The position numbers and the translations under genes were made by a program. 64,000 nucleotides of DNA from Paraspadella gotoi (Eukaryota > Animalia > Chaetognatha): contig CM119265.1 in assembly GCA_051294375.1 (NCBI GenBank), positions 29,361,751-29,425,750 of the forward strand, given 5' to 3'. The notes under the pieces were generated by a model that saw nothing but the letters and a program-made list of their open reading frames with translations, searched no databases and was not told where the DNA came from. This document shows positions 39,939 through 53,812 of this stretch, in pieces. Within the stretch, counting starts at the first letter, position 1. Each line of letters begins with the position of its first letter.

Positions 39939-40339
39939 AACCTTTATTATTTTCTACCGTCGATGACCGAATTTTTAAACCAACCGCGACTCTGATATCG
40001 ATTAACATCAAGAATCCATCTAAAAGAGGAGACCAGAGAGATGAGAGAGAGAAAAAGAGAGAGAGAGAGAAGGAGTAGAGATAACAAATTTAAGAAAATT
40101 AATATATATGGCTTTAAAAATAAAATTATTTATATAGTTCGTTTTATATCTGATTATTACTATGGGACGGCAATTTTATAATATTATGTGTAATTATATT
40201 ATTTATTTTCCCTTTTTTTCCTTATTTTATATGTGCATGACTGATAACGTTTATTTTTTTACCTCGATGACCGAATTTTTAGAACCAACACGCGACTTCT
40301 GATATCGATGGAACTCAAGAATCCATTAAATAGAGAGAG

Positions 40340-40383
<44 letters not shown>

Positions 40384-41139
40384 TCTGTATGAATGAAATT
40401 TGGGCAAAAGAGCTGGTTAACAACCAAGAGGAGGGAGAGAGAGAACAAATAAAAAAGAGCGGAAAAAAGGAAAGATAGGTAAAAGAAAGATAAAAGGTAA
40501 TGAAGACAATAGAAAGAAAGAAAGAGAAAAGAAATATATTTTAATTGAAAGAGAAGTGGTGGAGAGGTACAAAGGAGTCAAAGTGGCTGACCAACTTGTA
40601 AACCGCGCTAATTTTTCATTTATGAGGCTGTAAAGTTGTAGGCACTTTTAATTGGGTTCATAATATGCGGTCATTGTGATGATCCTCATGTAAAAAGCGA
40701 GATGATAATTAGCTGGTTTAGTTTTGGTTCTACTTGGGACCTGGTAATTTACTAAGTAAAAAGTCTTTTCAAAATGAAAAAAAAGTTGGCTAAGTTTAGG
40801 ATTTTTTTAGGAAATGAAATCATTTAATGATCATAATATTTGGTGCCTTAATTTTGTCAGGTTAGGGTTGGTTAAGGTCTCCTTACCGGTTTTACAAGAT
40901 AAGCTTTCAATGACTAATGATTACTAATAGTTGTAGTTTGAGATAATCACATCTTATTTATACATGAAGATGATTGGGGGAGAGATTGGGAGGAGAGATG
41001 GGAGGGGGAGAGAGGAGAGAAGGAGGAAGGAGAAGAGAGGGAGAAGAAGAGGAGAGAGGGGGAAAAGAGGGGAGCAAGGGTAGGCTTAAGAGAAACTCCG
41101 ATCAACTGAAAACTTGTTGGGAATCTTTAAAGAGATTCA

Positions 41140-41195
<56 letters not shown>

Positions 41196-42542
41196 CAACT
41201 ATGGGGAAGAAAAAGGGATAGTGGAGCCNNNNNNNNNNNNNNNNNNNNNNNNNCTGTTGGCGAGATCCTTTTTAAAAGAGATTCATGGGGAAGAGAGAGA
41301 GAGAGAGGGAGAGAGAGAGAAGAGAGAGGAGAGGAGAGGAGGAGAAGACAACTATGGGGAAGAAAAAGGGATAGTGGAGCCGATTTTAAGAGAGAAAGAA
41401 TAATAAGAAATATAATACAATAATTTGGGGCGCAGTTGAACATATTGCATTTTATTAAATTGATGGTAGGAGAAGAAAATCGAGTGGGAAGAGGAAGAAG
41501 GAAGGCGAGAGAGTGAAGCAGGGAGGAGGAGCGTGAAGAGGGAGGAGGACGTGTACTAACGAAGGGAGGAGGAGGTGAACGAGGGAGGAGTGAGGTGAAG
41601 ACACCCTGGCGAGTGACGAGAAAGGAGGTTGAAGAGGGCAGGAAATGGTGCACATGACGGGTGAGGAGGATGAGTGAATAGACGGAGGATGAACGATAGG
41701 GGCAAAGACGGCGGAGAAAATTAAGGAGAGGAGGGGAAAGTGAGAGCATAGAGATGAGGAAAGAGAGCGGCGGATATAGAGAGAGATGGAGGAGGGAGAG
41801 CAGTCTCTCTCTTTTTTTCAGTTGATCGAGTTTTCTCTTAAGCCTCCCTTGTTCCCCTCTTTCCCCCTCTCTCCTCTTCTTCTCCCTCTCTCTCCTTCCT
41901 CCTCTCTCCCTCTCTCCCCCTCCCTCCCTCCCTCCCAATCTCTCCCCAATCACTCTTCATGTATAATAAGATGTGATTATCTCAAACTACAACTATTAGT
42001 AATCATTAGTCATTGAAAGCTTATCTTGTAAAAGGTAAGGAGACCTTAACCAACCCTAACCTGACAAAATTAAGGCACTAAATATTATGATCATTAAATG
42101 ATTTCATTCCTAAAAAAATCCTAAACTTAGCCAACTTTTTTTCATTTTTGAAAAGACTTTTTTTACTTAGTAAATTACCGGTCCCAAGTAGAACCAAAAT
42201 TAAACCAGCTAATTATCCATCTCGCTTTTTTACATGAGGATCATCACAATGACCGCATATTAATGACCCAATTAAAAGTCCTACAACTTTACAGCCTCAT
42301 AAATGAAAAATTAGGCGGTTTACAAGTGGGTCAGCCACTTTGACTCCTTTTGTACCTCTCCACACTTCTTTTTCAATTAAATATATTTTTCTTTTCTTTT
42401 TTTCTTTCTATTGTCTTCATTACATTTTATCTTTCTTTTACCTATCTTTCCTTTTTTCCTCTCTTTTTTATTTGTTCTCTCTCTCCCTCTTCTTGGTTGT
42501 TAACCAGCCCTTTTGCCAAATTTTCATTCATAGCAGACTCTT

Positions 42543-42601
<59 letters not shown>

Positions 42602-42974
42602 AATGGATTCTTGAGTTAATCGATATCAGAGTCGCGTTGGTTTAAAAATTTGGTCATCGAGGTAAAAAAATAAAGGTTATCAGTCATGCACTATAAAATA
42701 GGAAAAAAAGGGAAAATAAAATAATATAATTAACATATATTATTAAATTAAGTCCCATAGTAATGATTAGATTTAAAACGAAATATATAAATAATTTTGT
42801 TATTTCTCTCCCTCTCTCTCTCCCTCTCTCTCTCTCTCTCTTTCGATCTCTCTCGGGGTGCTCTCTGGATCTCCTCTTTAGATGGGACTTCTTGCATGTT
42901 TAATCGATATCAGAGTCGCGTTGGAGGGTTAAAACAATGTCGGTCATCGACGGTGAGAAATAATTAAACGGTTC

Positions 42975-44620
42975 TAGTTGGTTGGCGAACTTCGGCCATG
43001 GCGATATCGCCAGGGCTTTTGGACGACGAGATGTCGGCCAGTCCTTCCCCACTCCCAACTCGTGCGACTGCATCCCTCGGCATGGATATTTATTGTCTTA
43101 AAAAGCTAGCGTAATGAAATAAAATGACACAGCGACAGACTACCTATTCCGAGTGAAAAGAGAAAAATTGAGTGTGCGAACTCAGAAGCCAATCACACTA
43201 CAGAGGGCTGCATACCGACCGGTATGACCCACCGCGAAGAACCCCCACACCTAACCCTAAACCAAACCGTCACCGTTCAACTCTGTTGCCTCTCCCTACC
43301 CCTAACCCAGCCCTGGGCCTCCCGTACATCTCCATTGCCTCGACTCCTAACCTAACCGCCTTTGATGCATAAAACCACAGGCCCCCTCCCCAACCCTAAC
43401 GACCTAACCAAGCCTTCCGTTAACTCTGTGCCCTCCCCACACCTAACCGGCTCAGACCTCCGTACGAATTCTCCGTCCTCAACCCTAACCCTAACCGCCT
43501 TCCGATGCATCCAACCCGTGCCTCCCCAACCCAACCCTAACTAAGCCTCCGTTCAATCCAGTTGGCCGGTCTCCCCATAACCTAACCCAGGCCCAGCCTC
43601 CCGTTACATACTCCGTTGCCCTCAAACCCTAACCCTAACCCGCCTATCGATGCATCAAACATGGGTCCCTCCCGCAACCCTTAACCCTAAACCAAGGCCT
43701 CCCGTTTCGAGACTCCATGTGGCCTCCTCTCCCCTACCCTAAACCAGGGCCGGGCCTCCCTGTCAACATCTCCGTACCTGCAACCCTAACACTATCCTTC
43801 GATATATAACCACGGGCCTCCTCGTCCCCACCCTAACCCTAAAACCGGCCAGGCTCCCGTTACATCTCCGTACCTCAACCGCTAACCCTAATTGCCTTCG
43901 ATATATAAACCGCACGGGTCCTCTCTCCAACCCTAACCCTTAACCGGGCCCAAGGCGCTTCCGTAAATCTCCGTGCCTCAACCTACCCTAACGCGGGCTC
44001 TGGATCATACAACAACCCTCCCTTACCCCCTATCCCTAAAATTGACATTAATAATAAGCTTTTAAAATAAACTTTAACTTAACTCATACCCTAAACCCCT
44101 AAACTACTGGTCAACCTAACACATACACCTAACGCCTGACATACCTACTCAACGCTAACCCTACCACTCACCTAACCTAAACCAACTAACAACCCTAACC
44201 AATCTGAGTTTATTTTAGTCGAAAAATTGCCATAAATAGAACGCTCAGATGGTATTCACGAAACTAACGCCAAATGCGAGCTCAGATGGCCCTCAGCCGA
44301 TTTGGCGATTTTTTCGCCTGGACTGACATCTACAGGATTCTATGCTTTAAATTATGGCGAAAACTTATTGTCCTCAAAATAAACAACCTCAGATTAAGGT
44401 TTAAGGCTAGGGGTTGACTGTTTGGAAGAGATTGGTTGGGTGAGTAGGTTAGTAGTTAGGTGATATAGTTGATAGGGGATTGAGTGTTGGAGTTAGGTTG
44501 ATAGTTTAGGGTTAGGTAGGGTTGAGTTAGTTAAGTTTTATTTTAAGCTTATTATTTAATGTCAATTTTAGCGGATAGGTTTAGGGAGGTGCTGTGTGAA
44601 TGACCAAGGAGCGCCCGCGT
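42975..44620. mobile_element. Second, truncated copy of the TTAGGG-unit palindromic element
   Basis: Starts CTAGTTGGTTGGCGA, followed by CCCTAA units (43240-44200), the hairpin core (44200-44400) and the start of the G-rich arm. Confidence 0.6.
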
Positions 44621-47404
44621 TTGTCCTCTTAGGCGGTCTGGTAAGTCGCTGGTACAATACTGGTGCGCACGGATGAGTATATGATTTGGTATACGGAATC
44701 AAACGGGTAACAAAAGGGGGAAAAGTTAGGAGTCGCCCGGCCTAGGGGGGCTGGCCGGGTCAAAGCTGAGGACGGGAATAAGGGATTTTCGAAAATAGGT
44801 CACATGTCCATTCACGGACTGACTCTCTCAAAAAGCGCTGTACAGGGAACGGGCAAACCCCCTTTCCATTTCGTGAAGGTGTTCGAATGAATTTTTTTTT
44901 TAAGAATTGATTTTGGCAGATGGTCAGCGGGACAAAAGGTCTGATCTCCAGATTTGAGGGTCAAGACCAATGGTTTACTGAACATGGTCCAGACTGAACA
45001 GAGTTCTTCTTTCTAGATATTAACACAAGAGTTAATTATTTAGTACATTCGATAGACGATAGTGCATAAACAAGCCCGAACGAAAGCCGTTAAGAAGTTT
45101 GACGTAAATGATGACATGTATATCACAAGTGTTAAATGACAAAACGCAAAAATAAACAGATTAAACTGCAATTATTTCGTAACAGTCACATTAAGCGATT
45201 AAAAAAATGTAACGGATCCCCCCGTAGTAGCACATTTTGCGATCGGAGCGGAAAAATCAAGGAAATAAAATTCGAAAAAAAAAAGGAAATAAATACATCA
45301 ATGTAGACTCACTTGTCATTCGAACAAATATTTAACAAAATGAAGATTCGAGGGGGGAAATCAAAGGTTGTTTAATATTCTAAGGTGTTAATACTTTCTA
45401 ATCAATCGAATTTGCGTATGAAATAATCCGGATACGGAAAGATAAATAAATATATACTTTTCCGAAAATAAATATCTAATTTTAGCCTTATTTTTCTCAA
45501 AAGGGGCCCGGTTTCGCCTCAATTAAAAAACATTTGAAAATCTTAAAGTACATTTTTTTGTTAAAAAATAAAAAATTTAACGAGTATAATGGATAAGAGT
45601 TAATATCTAAAGGGTAGGTCGATTTAGTGAGCGTCAGAAGATTAGGCATTAGAGAATAGAGATTAACAAACTTAAAAACATATTTAAATTTTAAGTATAT
45701 ACAGCATTACAAATTCAAACTTTCAGCAGATAAGGGAAAAGAAGTGGGGTGCTGTAAGAAAAGACGAGCCAAATTATACTTAAAGGCTGGAATCGTTGAG
45801 TATGCCTCTTTTTGAAAGGTGAGAAAACTCGGACCACAGAAGTATCCAGAGGACTTTGATAAAAAATATTCTCGTCCGATTTTCAAATTTCAACCAAAAT
45901 TAGTCTAGGACTCAAGGCTAAAAATTGAGCAAAAGAAGTAGATGTTATTCTGAGTCCGCCGAGGCGCTCGCTCTCTCTCCTTCTCGTCTCGTCTCGGCTG
46001 GGGGGTCCTCCAGAAAAGAGGAGGAGAGAGAGAGAGCGGAGAGAGAGAGACAGCGAGAGAGAGAGAGAGGAGGCTGTAGGAGGAGAGTGTGAAATTTGCC
46101 ATTCCAGGTGTTGGCTGTGTCAATACTGGCGGAAGTCGTCGAAGGGAGAACTGGAAGCGAGCAGCTGTTTCGTATGGAGAGAGGACCGACAGAGGAGTGT
46201 GTGTTGAGACGAAGATGGGGTCTAATAGATTGATCGGAAGAGAGGCGAGCAGAGGGGCGGGAGAACTTAGCAGAAAGGGAGAATCCCGTTTGAAAACACA
46301 ACTTAAAAATCTTTTCCATTGAGGGATTAAAAAAATGTTAAAAAGCAGAAGAATCAGAAGAGATATAGAAAACAATGAATACCTCTTTTTCGTAATTACC
46401 GTTTGTGAAAATAATGAATAAATATGAAATAATCCCAGCAAAGGTAGTCGTAAGCGGAAACAACCAGAGTCAAGTAAGTGTCTTTTTCGGCGGCCGAGCA
46501 TCAAAGGATCAGGAAATCCCTCACTGATTTCGTCCCTGAGACAGAAAAAAGAAAGGAAAGAAGAAAAGTGTTAAAAGGACATAAGAGACGGACGGAGAGA
46601 GCGTAAACACCTGACCCCCAATTAAGTTTGGGCGAGAAACACAAAGGTTGACAGCTCGCGCGAACTGCAACAACCGGTCATTCTAGCGCTTCTTCGACCC
46701 TTGGGTTTAGAGACGGTTAGCGCAATAAATAATAATGTATCAATAAGGTGAAATGAATATAGAGCTATAAGAATAATAATAATAAATACTCCATAAAATA
46801 ATACTTAATAAGAATAAAACCAAAGCGCCAAGGGTATGTTGAAAGCTCCACATGTGCAACCGAATTAAATAACTGAGAATTAACATGGTTCTTGTGATGA
46901 AACTTAGAACGGCCAACAACATTTCGGAAAACGACCTCATCTAAGGACATTACTCGCTCTGTACAGTGAGTCGAGAGCATATGCAAATAAGTAACCCGCC
47001 TATAAGCATTAGGGCGGTCTTCATAGTGCAGTACATATAATTTCTTCCCTAAATATGTTATCTTCGTGATTGCATGTTTTAGCCTAATGTCGTTTTTTGA
47101 TTTCACAATACTATCAGAGAATGAAAAAAAAAAGAATATTCAGCATCCGCTGCAGGAATTTACAATTTTTATAAAGAATCTTCACACTGTGCGAATCTGT
47201 AGATAGGTGAAAATTGGTCACGTGACCATCGTATTTTAGTTTTGTTTATTTTTACTTAATAATCAAGTTGTTTCTCGGTTAAGCAATGACAAATTTTTAC
47301 GTATTTTAAAAGATTAATAAATTTATGAACTTCATATATTGTACTACTTGTGTCGGCATTGCCTAGGTTCAAACCCCACGCGCTATAAGCATGACACTGT
47401 TCAC

Positions 47405-47502
47405 GTTGTGCCCGGTGCTCAATTGAGTAAAGCTGTCAGCTCATCGACCACTAGGCTACTGGGTTCCCCAATCCAAGCCGGGTTTGGGCGTGAAAACCCT
47501 CA
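47405..47502 (+). mobile_element. tRNA-derived SINE head (noisy copy)
   Basis: gttgtgcccggtgctcaattgagtaaagctgtcagctcatcgaccactaggctactgggttc...aaaccctca matches the minus-strand copy at 3158-4187. Confidence 0.65.
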
Positions 47503-48149
47503 AGCCTGGTTCCCAACCCTAGACCAGTCCTATGGCTGTTAGAGGGGGTTACTAGAATTCACGGTAGTCATCTATCACTTACGGCCATACATCTTCAAAT
47601 CCGCTACAGTTTTACGTTCTTTCCATTGCCTTGGTCTAAAAATTGTACTTTTTTCTAGGAAAGGTTATTCTTAATCACTACTTCCGGTATTTTTCCCTTA
47701 CTTCCGGTTATTTTTTACGCCTTACATTCCAGGTTGAACAGATGCCCTGTTTTTAAAAAAATGATTTGATTAAATAAGTTTACATTCAGAGTTTTGAATT
47801 ATGTAAGCAAACTTATTTCAATAAATCTAATTAACCAATTAGGGCGAAAAATCATATTTTTTTCTTGCAGAAAAAAACATTTTACAAACACCGGAAGGAA
47901 ATTGCAGACTAATTGCATTTTTGACCGCCGCTGTTCATTGGGTTGCATCACGCCTGTGTTACTCATTTCTTTTCTGAATCAGAGATTTGAAGTATAAAAA
48001 CTCTATGTGAAATTGAAACTAATGCGAGAAACTCGAACCGAGTGACGCTATATGGAGAGGGTCCGAAATCTTTTTATTATAAGGGTGTTTAAGACTGTTT
48101 ATCTTATCCTATACGCGCAAGACCCCTAAAGTTAAGTGTGAACGATTTC

Positions 48150-49760
48150 TTGTCGAGGATATTAGCGTATATTCGACACTGTATCCAAGATAGCGATGAT
48201 ACTACAACACACCGATTGTTTTTGTAGAGGAGTGGTGGTCTACGGTGAGGTCCCATAAACTGCCAAAGATAATCAGCACCGTGTACCAAACACGCCGACC
48301 GCGCGATTACTTTCACACCTCAGAAGTGTGATGGTGCCGAGGGCGCGCCACATTGGTGCAGCCCAGATCTGAACGAGAGACCGCGTTCCCAGGACCACTC
48401 GAGCAGACGCTCGCTGCCGTCCCCTCAGTTGGTTTGCGTCGCACTAGAATGAGCCAGAAACTTCTGGAGGCGACCCGTTAGCGTTCTGTTCAAGGACAGG
48501 GCGTGAAAGGCAGCAGATATAGGCGCTCAAACGCCTCCCAGCAAACCCCGTCAACCAATGGTGGGCTCCCGGTTCCACCTAACGCTCGCCTAAACAAAAG
48601 TGCGTTTGCTCGTGCTCGCACAAGTCGTCAGGGTTTAGGCGGCACGGCTCGCCGCCGCCTTCTGTTCGGCCTGCCATGACGAACGACGCCTTTGACGACG
48701 GCGCTGCGACCGGTGCTACACTTCTAGAGAGTAGGAAAAGAGGAACACGAGTGCAGAAATAAAATCAATCGGAAGAAATACCGATAAGAATAAAGACTAT
48801 ATATAGCCAAAGAGAACTCGGGAGAACCTCCGGGTGTTTATATGAGTTACCATTAATTAGAGGCTATGAGATCTAGACAGAGTTAAGTGTAATGTCGAGG
48901 TCCGACTGTGCGCCCTCGCCGTCGTACTAAACTGCACTCACAATTAGAAAGAATTAATTAATTAACTAACATTCAGGAACCTCTAAATACATAGGTCTCT
49001 TGGCGACCACGCGATGTGACACGCCGCCTCTCGTTATTATAGTCGATATCGTACCTGTGCGTGAACTAGTATCTTCCGTTAGATAATACGATCCAACCTG
49101 TTCTCACATTTGGTAGTAACTCCCACGTGCGAGTAGAGGAGCTACAGATACTCCTAACATCTCCGAGACCCTCCCATAGTACCGATTCGGTCCTCATCTA
49201 ATTCCAGGAACGACATAATGCAACTCACCATCCCAAATACCAATAGAGTGAGTCTCAGATCTCTCAATTAGTTACATATATTGGGATAATTCACATCAAC
49301 ATTAATCGGCAACTGCATAAGTAATGTTGAACAATCAGTATTAAAACATTCAATAATAAAGATGATTAATATTTATTTACGAGAGAATGTGAACGTCTTC
49401 ATAGCGGAACGTTACGGCCAAGGTATAATATTATTCACTGAGCAGGAGCTACGTTAACCATGGAATAATTTTTTCTATCTGAGTTTTCAGTCTCGTAAAA
49501 ATCGGCCGTACTACTTGTCCCATAAGGACCCTAGACTTTACCACACATGAACCACCTCCCTCACGGATGCCTTTATGCTCGTATCGGTGGTTTCCTCCTC
49601 CGACTCTCTGCCGATACGTGCTCTCATGCCATTTTCATCATTCTCAATCCATATGCTCCGATTCACCGCCTGTTTCACAAGCACAGTCGTCCATCGCGCA
49701 CTCGTCATCCGCCTTCCCCGGGTTCCTCAAATACAATTTCATTGATCAGGAATGGACAAT
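48150..49760 (-). repeat. Third, heavily insertion-corrupted inverted copy of exon E and its upstream intron
   Basis: 48245-48350 tracks the reverse complement of exon E; 48675-48790 tracks 25235-25310; 49200-49290 tracks 24900-24970. Confidence 0.75.
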
Positions 49761-49859
49761 GTCTTTTTAAAGCTCCTGACACTGTACCCCAGCTTATCAA
49801 CGCCAACTTTCTAGATAAAGGAACCCACAGCATGGAGTAAAATCAACCATACCAACTTT

Positions 49860-50194
49860 GGGAAGCCGCCTTGGATCAAGCAAGAAGCAAGATGCTTGCC
49901 GGCCAGAAAAAACTTGCAGTTGCAAAAGCAGAGCTGGGAGAAGCTGGTCTCGCTCGGCATGGCCAAAAGAGCAAAAAGCTCATGGTCGTCCTCCACTCTG
50001 TGCGTGGCCGAAAAGCTGATGGAGGATGGAGATTCTGCGAAGATTTCCGCAGACTCAACTCCAAAATAAAAGACGATTAAATCCCACGTCAAGTTACTAG
50101 CAGATTTCAACGCCGAAGCTAGCGGAAAAAGAATTTCTCCAGATTTGACCTACTCCAAAGGTTTACCATCAAAATCCCAGTAGCGGATGAAGAT
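49860..50194 (+). pseudogene. Ty3/Gypsy LTR-retrotransposon reverse transcriptase fragment (frameshifted)
   Basis: KLAVAKAE...LH...K.DGGWRFCEDFRRLN, followed across frameshifts by DF...GKRI/FSRFDLL..G.HQIPVADED. These are the conserved N-terminal RT motifs of Ty3/Gypsy pol. Confidence 0.85.
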
Positions 50195-50237
50195 TAGAGC
50201 GCTTTGAAAATAACAAGAAATATAACAAATCAAGTGA
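50195..50237. mobile_element. Isolated terminus of the hAT family seen at 54857-55840
   Basis: TAGAGCGCTTTGAAAATAACAAGAAATATAACAAATCAAGTGA matches the reverse complement of 55800-55840. Confidence 0.7.
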
Positions 50238-50851
50238 AAGAGACAGTAATTATATTGATAAGTGTTGTAATGACAGAATCCCATTCAATATAGAGCAGGT
50301 CTGAGCTTGGCATCAGGCCTGTAACATACCGAGTTACAGGCGGGGTGAAGGCCGCGCCCGTCATCTCTAAACCTGCTATGGGCGACCAGCCGGGCGAGAA
50401 CCGCCTGGACCTTTTGGGTTGGGAGCGGCGAAATGACTTGCCCTCTCGGCGCCAATCGGGCGCTGATGAACGGTTGGTGGATTTTAGTCCACCATTATTC
50501 CCCCCCCTTCCCGTAGGGAGAAAAAAGTCTGTTGCATCTCTTCAATGAGAATTGTTCGTTGTTGGTCGGAAAGTTTGTCACCAAGTATGAGGCATGTCGC
50601 CTGATGTGTCTGTGGGCGGAAAGTGCATCGCCAGGTTGAGGCATGTGCCTGAAAGTGTTGTTGTCTGCTGTTCGTGTGTTGGAAGTCGGGCTCACCTAAT
50701 GCAAGAGACAGCTAATTATTGAATAAGTGTTCATGACAGAACCGTTTCAATATAAGCAGTCCCTGAGCTTCGGGATCAGGCTGTAACACCGAGTTACAGG
50801 CAGGATTAAGCGCCCCCGTCCCTCTAACTGCAAGGCGGGACCCACCGGGGC
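50238..50851. repeat. ~150-bp direct repeat (50238-50395 and 50703-50851)
   Basis: aagagacag.taatta...ctgagctt.gg.atcagg.ctgtaaca.ccgagttacaggc occurs in both copies. Confidence 0.8.
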
Positions 50852-51279
50852 TAGAATGTTTACAATAAATATTATTTTATTGAGTTCATTACTTGTTAGA
50901 AAATATTTGTTAAGGTTTAATATTATTTATGCTGTTTGGGATGGGGATGCGCCAGTGTTGTCCTCCAGAAATAGAGGGTGCATCTCATCATAATTAAGAT
51001 AATACTGTTATATTGTATGATTTTTTTTAATCATTTTGATGCTTCATTTTATTTTATTTATTTATTTATATATATATCTTTTTTTAAAACATATTGACCA
51101 AGATCTTGAATTGGTGTTTCAGATTTTGGTTTTTTTGAGTCTTTTAGTAGAAAGGTTTGTCCTTGGATTTCCAGAGGTACCTGAGTCTTATCCCATGTAA
51201 TGCCTCTTTAATGGTTTTCTTTTAGATGGGGTACGCATGGAAGGACTTGAGTTTGTAAAACTAAGGTGTTCTTCTCCAG

Positions 51280-52430
51280 ACCTGCCTGGCCATGGCATAA
51301 CTTCCATCTCTGAAGAAGCGAGTGAGAAAAGTGCTCAGACGTTCTCTGACAGCGAAATGGGAGGAAGAATCTGCTTGTTCTTCCTTTTCTCTTTGTCTGG
51401 CTTGTTCTTGTTTTTCTTCTTCCAAAAATGTTTTTGGAAGTAACACGAGAGCACATACCATTATTGAAGAGTATTGATGCCCAGACAGCAACATAAACAG
51501 TGATGGGTTTGATTTAACAGTGGTAACCGTTAAATAAATAAATGATCGGTAATTTTTGGGATAAGTACAATGAAGATTAAGAATCCATTATTGTAAGAAA
51601 CCATGTCAAGTCGGGCATCAATCGGCAGAATCGGGTTTTACTCGGTAGAAGGTCCCGCGAACGCATCATCCGATCGGTCCAGTCATCTCAAGTCGTTGGT
51701 AATTAAAGTAGCTAAAAGTCAGTTTATGGTCATCACACAGCGTCTCCGAATCGCGTTTCCATCACTCAGAGTACTCGTTTCCGCTATATCATCAGTTCCT
51801 GCCCAACTCAAGCACTCTCGACACGCATGCACACAAATCAGATTCCGAGTGATAACAAGCAGTGTTTGTTCATCATAGAGAATTTAGCATTGTTATTTAT
51901 TCTGGTAACTTCATTATGATAAAGTTTTCTATGTAGTTACCAATCATGAGTTAATACGGCTTTGGCATGTTTGTCATTTGAACGTTAGTATTCAACAATG
52001 TGCCATTCTCCCGTCGCCAAGTGGCGCATCACCAGACCAAACAAAACAGCAAATCGTTCCTGCAGAGATCCCTTTGTCAAACTCGTGAATGTTCTGCAGA
52101 TAGTAATTCACAAATCGCTCATCTCAATGCTCACGGCCGTTCAGCTCGTTATCCAGTAGATTTTAAAGTAAAATTTAGACGTTTTTCTAGTTTTGCCAGG
52201 CAATTTCCCCCTTCGTGGAATCATCGGCGTTTTGGTAGAATTGACCCAGAAAGTCAGAAATAACTGGTGGCTTTTGCATCCAATGAAATAAGGAAGCTGT
52301 CCGTTCCAGCACTCCAATGCCGTGACCATGGAACACGACCCGTCGAAACGACCAGTCTCCAGGCAAATGTCGCGACCTGCCCATGCAAGACCTTGGCAAG
52401 CGACGGCCCAAATGCAAGTAGATGGTGGCT
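51280..52430 (-). pseudogene. Possible degenerate hAT transposase
   Basis: Minus-strand FDGSCSM...IGCKSHQLFL resembles the DG(A)S.M and CxxH motifs. ILPPISLSENV*ALFSLA near 51320-51370 resembles the C-terminal S..ERLFS motif. Many stops and frameshifts. Confidence 0.35.
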
Positions 52431-53651
52431 GTGAATCGAGGGGAGATATTTTCTAAACTACAAATAACTCACTGTTAAAATTTATTGCTACACATAATAT
52501 CCACTAAACAACAAGAGATTGGCGCTGACGTGGTCACAAGTCGGATAAAATAGTTTTGCTTCTGTAAAGTCATGATAGCAAACAATTTTTGCGACAACGA
52601 CCGGACGAGCGACAACGACAAATGAAAAAAACAAAAATGAAGAATAAAGCAAGATAACAGATCCCTGTTCCTTACGACCTGCGCCCACGGACTTTATTCC
52701 CGTTAGATTTCCCTTTTGTTCGTGTTTATCCGCGATGGTAAGTGACTGCCAACTTGGTTAGAAATATTTTTTAAGTGAAAGGTCAACCCGGCTCAAATTA
52801 GTCGAACTGGTTTTATCTTATTTGAGCGAGGGTCTGACTGCTGTTGTCGGGATCATCCAAACATGCCAGCTTCCGCGGGGAAAGGCTGAAAAGAGGGTGG
52901 ACTTAAACTGGTCATGCTGCAAAAGACCTGGCGAGCCACTCCAACTCTGTGTTCGCTTCCTCACGGCCTGCAAACCGTTCACCGCTGCGCTCACAACAAA
53001 AAGTCTGCAACCGCTTGCCTGCTAAGGTGTCACCCAGTTTTCAGTTGTAGGGACCACGGATCCCAAAGAACGTTCACGCCACCGCCCTGCCATGTATCAC
53101 CCACATCTTACGCAATATAGCGCTTAGTTGGCAACTCACCCAGCCTCNNNNNNNNNNNNNNNNNNNNNNNNNTCTCTGTCTCTCTCTCTCGTCAATTTAA
53201 AAAGGTGTCACAGGGTTTGCGGAAGGCGAGTCTCGCCTCCTAATGCAATGTTTGTCCAAAAACCTTTAAAAATGGAAAACGATTCTTTTGGGAAATTGAG
53301 CAAAAGAAAGAGAGAGAGATAGAGGGAGAGAGAGAGAGAAAGAGAAAGAGAAAGAGAGAGAGAGAGACAGAGAGAGAGAGTTTATGAACCATTTTGTCTA
53401 GAAATAGATATAATTGCAGTATTGCAGAAATCATAGCATCATGAGCTTGTTACTGAGTTTAAAATAGTATTAATATTATAAAATATAAAAGTAAAAATCA
53501 GTGAAACAAGTAATTTTGCAATTTTCATGATAAAATTATATTATTTGATTTTGCTTGGAATAGTTTCTCCTTGGGAGAAACAATTTTTTTTTAGTTGACA
53601 TCTGTCAGCGGTCAATTCCCTGTTGCCTCTCTCACTATCTCGCTATCGGTC

Positions 53652-53687
<36 letters not shown>

Positions 53688-53778
53688 NNNNNNNNNNNNN
53701 NNNNNNNNNNNNNNNNNNNNNNNNNNNNNNNNNNNNNNNNNNNNNNNNNNNNNNNNNNNNNNNNNNNNNNNNNNNNNN

Positions 53779-53812
<34 letters not shown>

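Noticed and set aside
44740-45910. Possible TIR element bounded by CCTAG...CTAGG
   Set aside because: Only a patchy inverted match (ggacg.gaata) and no TSD, so it cannot be supported.
48590-48680. Gag zinc-knuckle-like FGGTARR..C..C upstream of the Gypsy RT
   Set aside because: The segment aligns as a corrupted reverse copy of exon E.
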